Both the position numbers and the translations under genes were made by a program. A DNA stretch of 53,333 nucleotides from Octopus bimaculoides (lineage: Eukaryota): contig NC_068981.1 of NCBI RefSeq assembly GCF_001194135.2, forward strand, positions 123,770,979 to 123,824,311. Direction: 5' to 3'. Positions within the stretch are counted from its first letter, which is position 1, and each line of letters opens with the position of its first letter. This document shows positions 51,136 through 53,333 of the stretch, piece after piece. The notes beneath the pieces were generated by a model. It had not been told where the DNA came from, made no database searches, and was given only the letters and a program-made list of their open reading frames with translations.

Positions 51136-52339
51136 GTAAAAAAAACATGACCAATATCTGTTTCAACACACGATTTCACATCAGTAGTCTTGCAACACAA
51201 ATGCATAAGCGTATATATATATATATATATATNNNNNNNNNNNNNNNNNNNNNNNNNNNNNNNNNNNNNNNNNNNNNNNNNNNNNNNNNNNNNNNNNNNN
51301 NNNNNNNNNNNNNNNNNNNNNNNNNNNNNNNNNNNNNNNNNNNNNNNNNNNNNNNNNNNNNNNNNNNNNNNNNNNNNNNNNNNNNNNNNNNNNNNNNNNN
51401 NNNNNNNNNNNNNNNNNNNNNNNNNNNNNNNNNNNNNNNNNNNNNNNNNNNNNNNNNNNNNNNNNNNNNNNNNNNNNNNNNNNNNNNNNNNNNNNNNNNN
51501 NNNNNNNNNNNNNNNNNNNNNNNNNNNNNNNNNNNAAAAATTGATATAAACAATTAGGTGCAATGTGATACCATAAAGGAAAACTTCAGTCGTCACTAAA
51601 TGTGACTAAGGATGCCGAGCCGCTTACATTGCTAGAAATAAGAGTTAAAATATTCTTAATGCTGTAAGAGGAGCGCAAATGTAGATACGCATGCTGACGA
51701 CGGAGGTAACCGCCTCATGACCGACGGGAGGATCCCCAGACTAGATCTAGTTTCACTTATACTATAGGCATCGTCAGTGAGGACTGCTCGAACGACTCAT
51801 GATCGGCTGATTCCGCCTGGCAGCATCTGACTATATATGTATGAATTTATGTGTATATATATATATAACAGAAATCTCCGCCATTCTTACTTTGATTTAG
51901 GTTATTCTCACTAGATTATTTCCAGATAATTCTGCGCTAAACTGTAGTAAATCTACCCAGATAACTTAAAATATCTGCTAACTGTGAAGTTCGAGAATAC
52001 GCAATAGCGTAGAGATTGTATGGTACGTAACACCGCATAAATTTCTTCTAAATGTCTCTGTAGTTGACATGAAGTAAAATTAATCCATAGCAATTACTTT
52101 CCGCTGTTATTAACATATTTTGATTGGTTAACTCACTTTGTAAAATTGTTAGGCTAATAATGGAAAATGGCGTGGTTTCAAACAGTATAGTCACAAATAT
52201 TTTGATGATTGATATGAGGTAATATTTCAAAGCAGTTTCTAATACCACTGTACATACATCGTAAATTAATTGCATTTTCCACAGAAATTAAACTTCCCAA
52301 ATAGATATTCTTGCCTTGTATATTCTATATAGATAATCT

Positions 52340-52645
52340 TGCCTTCCCTTCCTGCCTTGTAACAAGCTTCAATCCCTGTCACAAGGTTTCGGGTATAGTC
52401 CCACTGCATAGTACATTGCATCAAGTATCTTCTACTATAGCCTCAGACAAAGTATCTACTATAGCCTCGGGCCAAGTATCTTCTACTATAACCTTGGGCC
52501 GACCATAGCCTTGTGAGTGGAATCAGTAGACAGTAAAAAAATTGAAGACCGTCATACACACACGCACACACACACACATACACACACACATACACACATG
52601 TATGTATGTATGTATGTATGTATCTATGTATGTACGGATGGATGG

Positions 52646-52676
<31 letters not shown>

Positions 52677-52860
52677 TATAACTTCTTGTATGTGTGCCTT
52701 TGTATTTGTCCCCCACTTCTGATTGGCATCCGGGGCTGGTTTCTTTACGTCCACTGACTAAGTGGTTCGGCAAAATAAACGACAGAATAAATAGTGGGCT
52801 CCAAAATAAGTAGTAGAGACCGACTTGTTCCACTAAACCCTTTAAGGTGGGTTTGAGAGA
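52340..52860 (+). mobile_element. SINE family A with internal triplication and (CA)/(TATG)/(GATG) microsatellites
   Basis: Head TTTCGGGTATAGTCCCACTGC, three ~26-bp units at 52423-52500, and tail GTGGTTCGGCAAAATAAACGACAGAATAA. Confidence 0.8.
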
Positions 52861-53296
52861 ACATGAATTGACTCTCTTTTGGTGGGGAATGGATTAATCC
52901 TTTTGGATAGAAAAATCCTTTTGGATAGAAACAGTAAAAAATAACTAGAAGGTATGTCAAATTTACAGATCTGGGTTCGTGACCCTCTGATAGATTTCTA
53001 TTCTTCCTATCTAACATGGCTTTTAACAGTATTATTTATAGCTTTACTTCCATCGAGTTAAATCGTTCAAAAAACGGAATTATATATAATTATTATAAAT
53101 ATAAGTATGTGAGTACATATATACATACCAAAAGAAGGAAAATGCACAGAATTTATATATTTTTAATATATTTCAAAAGATAGAACATTATGATAGTCTA
53201 GAGGTTTCGCGTTTCGCAAATCATGACGTTGAAATTGGTGGAAATATTGCAATTTTGTATTTCTTAAGGAGTTTTTAATCCATGCATAAAGATGTA

Positions 53297-53333
<37 letters not shown>

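Overview
AT-rich eukaryotic (animal) DNA from a short-read draft assembly. Most N gaps sit next to (TA)n/(TG)n/(CT)n microsatellites. The repeat families point to an octopus (coleoid cephalopod) genome; this is inferred from recognising the tRNA-derived SINE families, not from a search. I found no intact host gene, rRNA, true tRNA, CRISPR array or prokaryotic feature. Nearly all ORFs in the track are microsatellite or gap artefacts, or antisense to transposon fossils. The window is a graveyard of decayed mobile elements: three tRNA-derived SINE families, two RTE LINE remnants, a CR1-group LINE RT, Penelope-like elements (PLEs), four Tc1/mariner/pogo remnants, a hAT fossil, a ~4 kb Helitron RepHel fossil and several MITEs. 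The most interesting signal is a cluster of hammerhead-ribozyme (HHR) motifs in or beside PLE-like segments, together with inversions or fold-backs at those segments: a twin-priming-like 5' inversion at 8592-8657, a perfect 141-bp-arm palindrome at 18549-18836 and a 29-bp-arm palindrome at 30961-31020. There is also a separate ~300-bp fold-back element at 50840-51135. PLE hammerheads are already known. I cannot support a claim of a wholly new biological system here.
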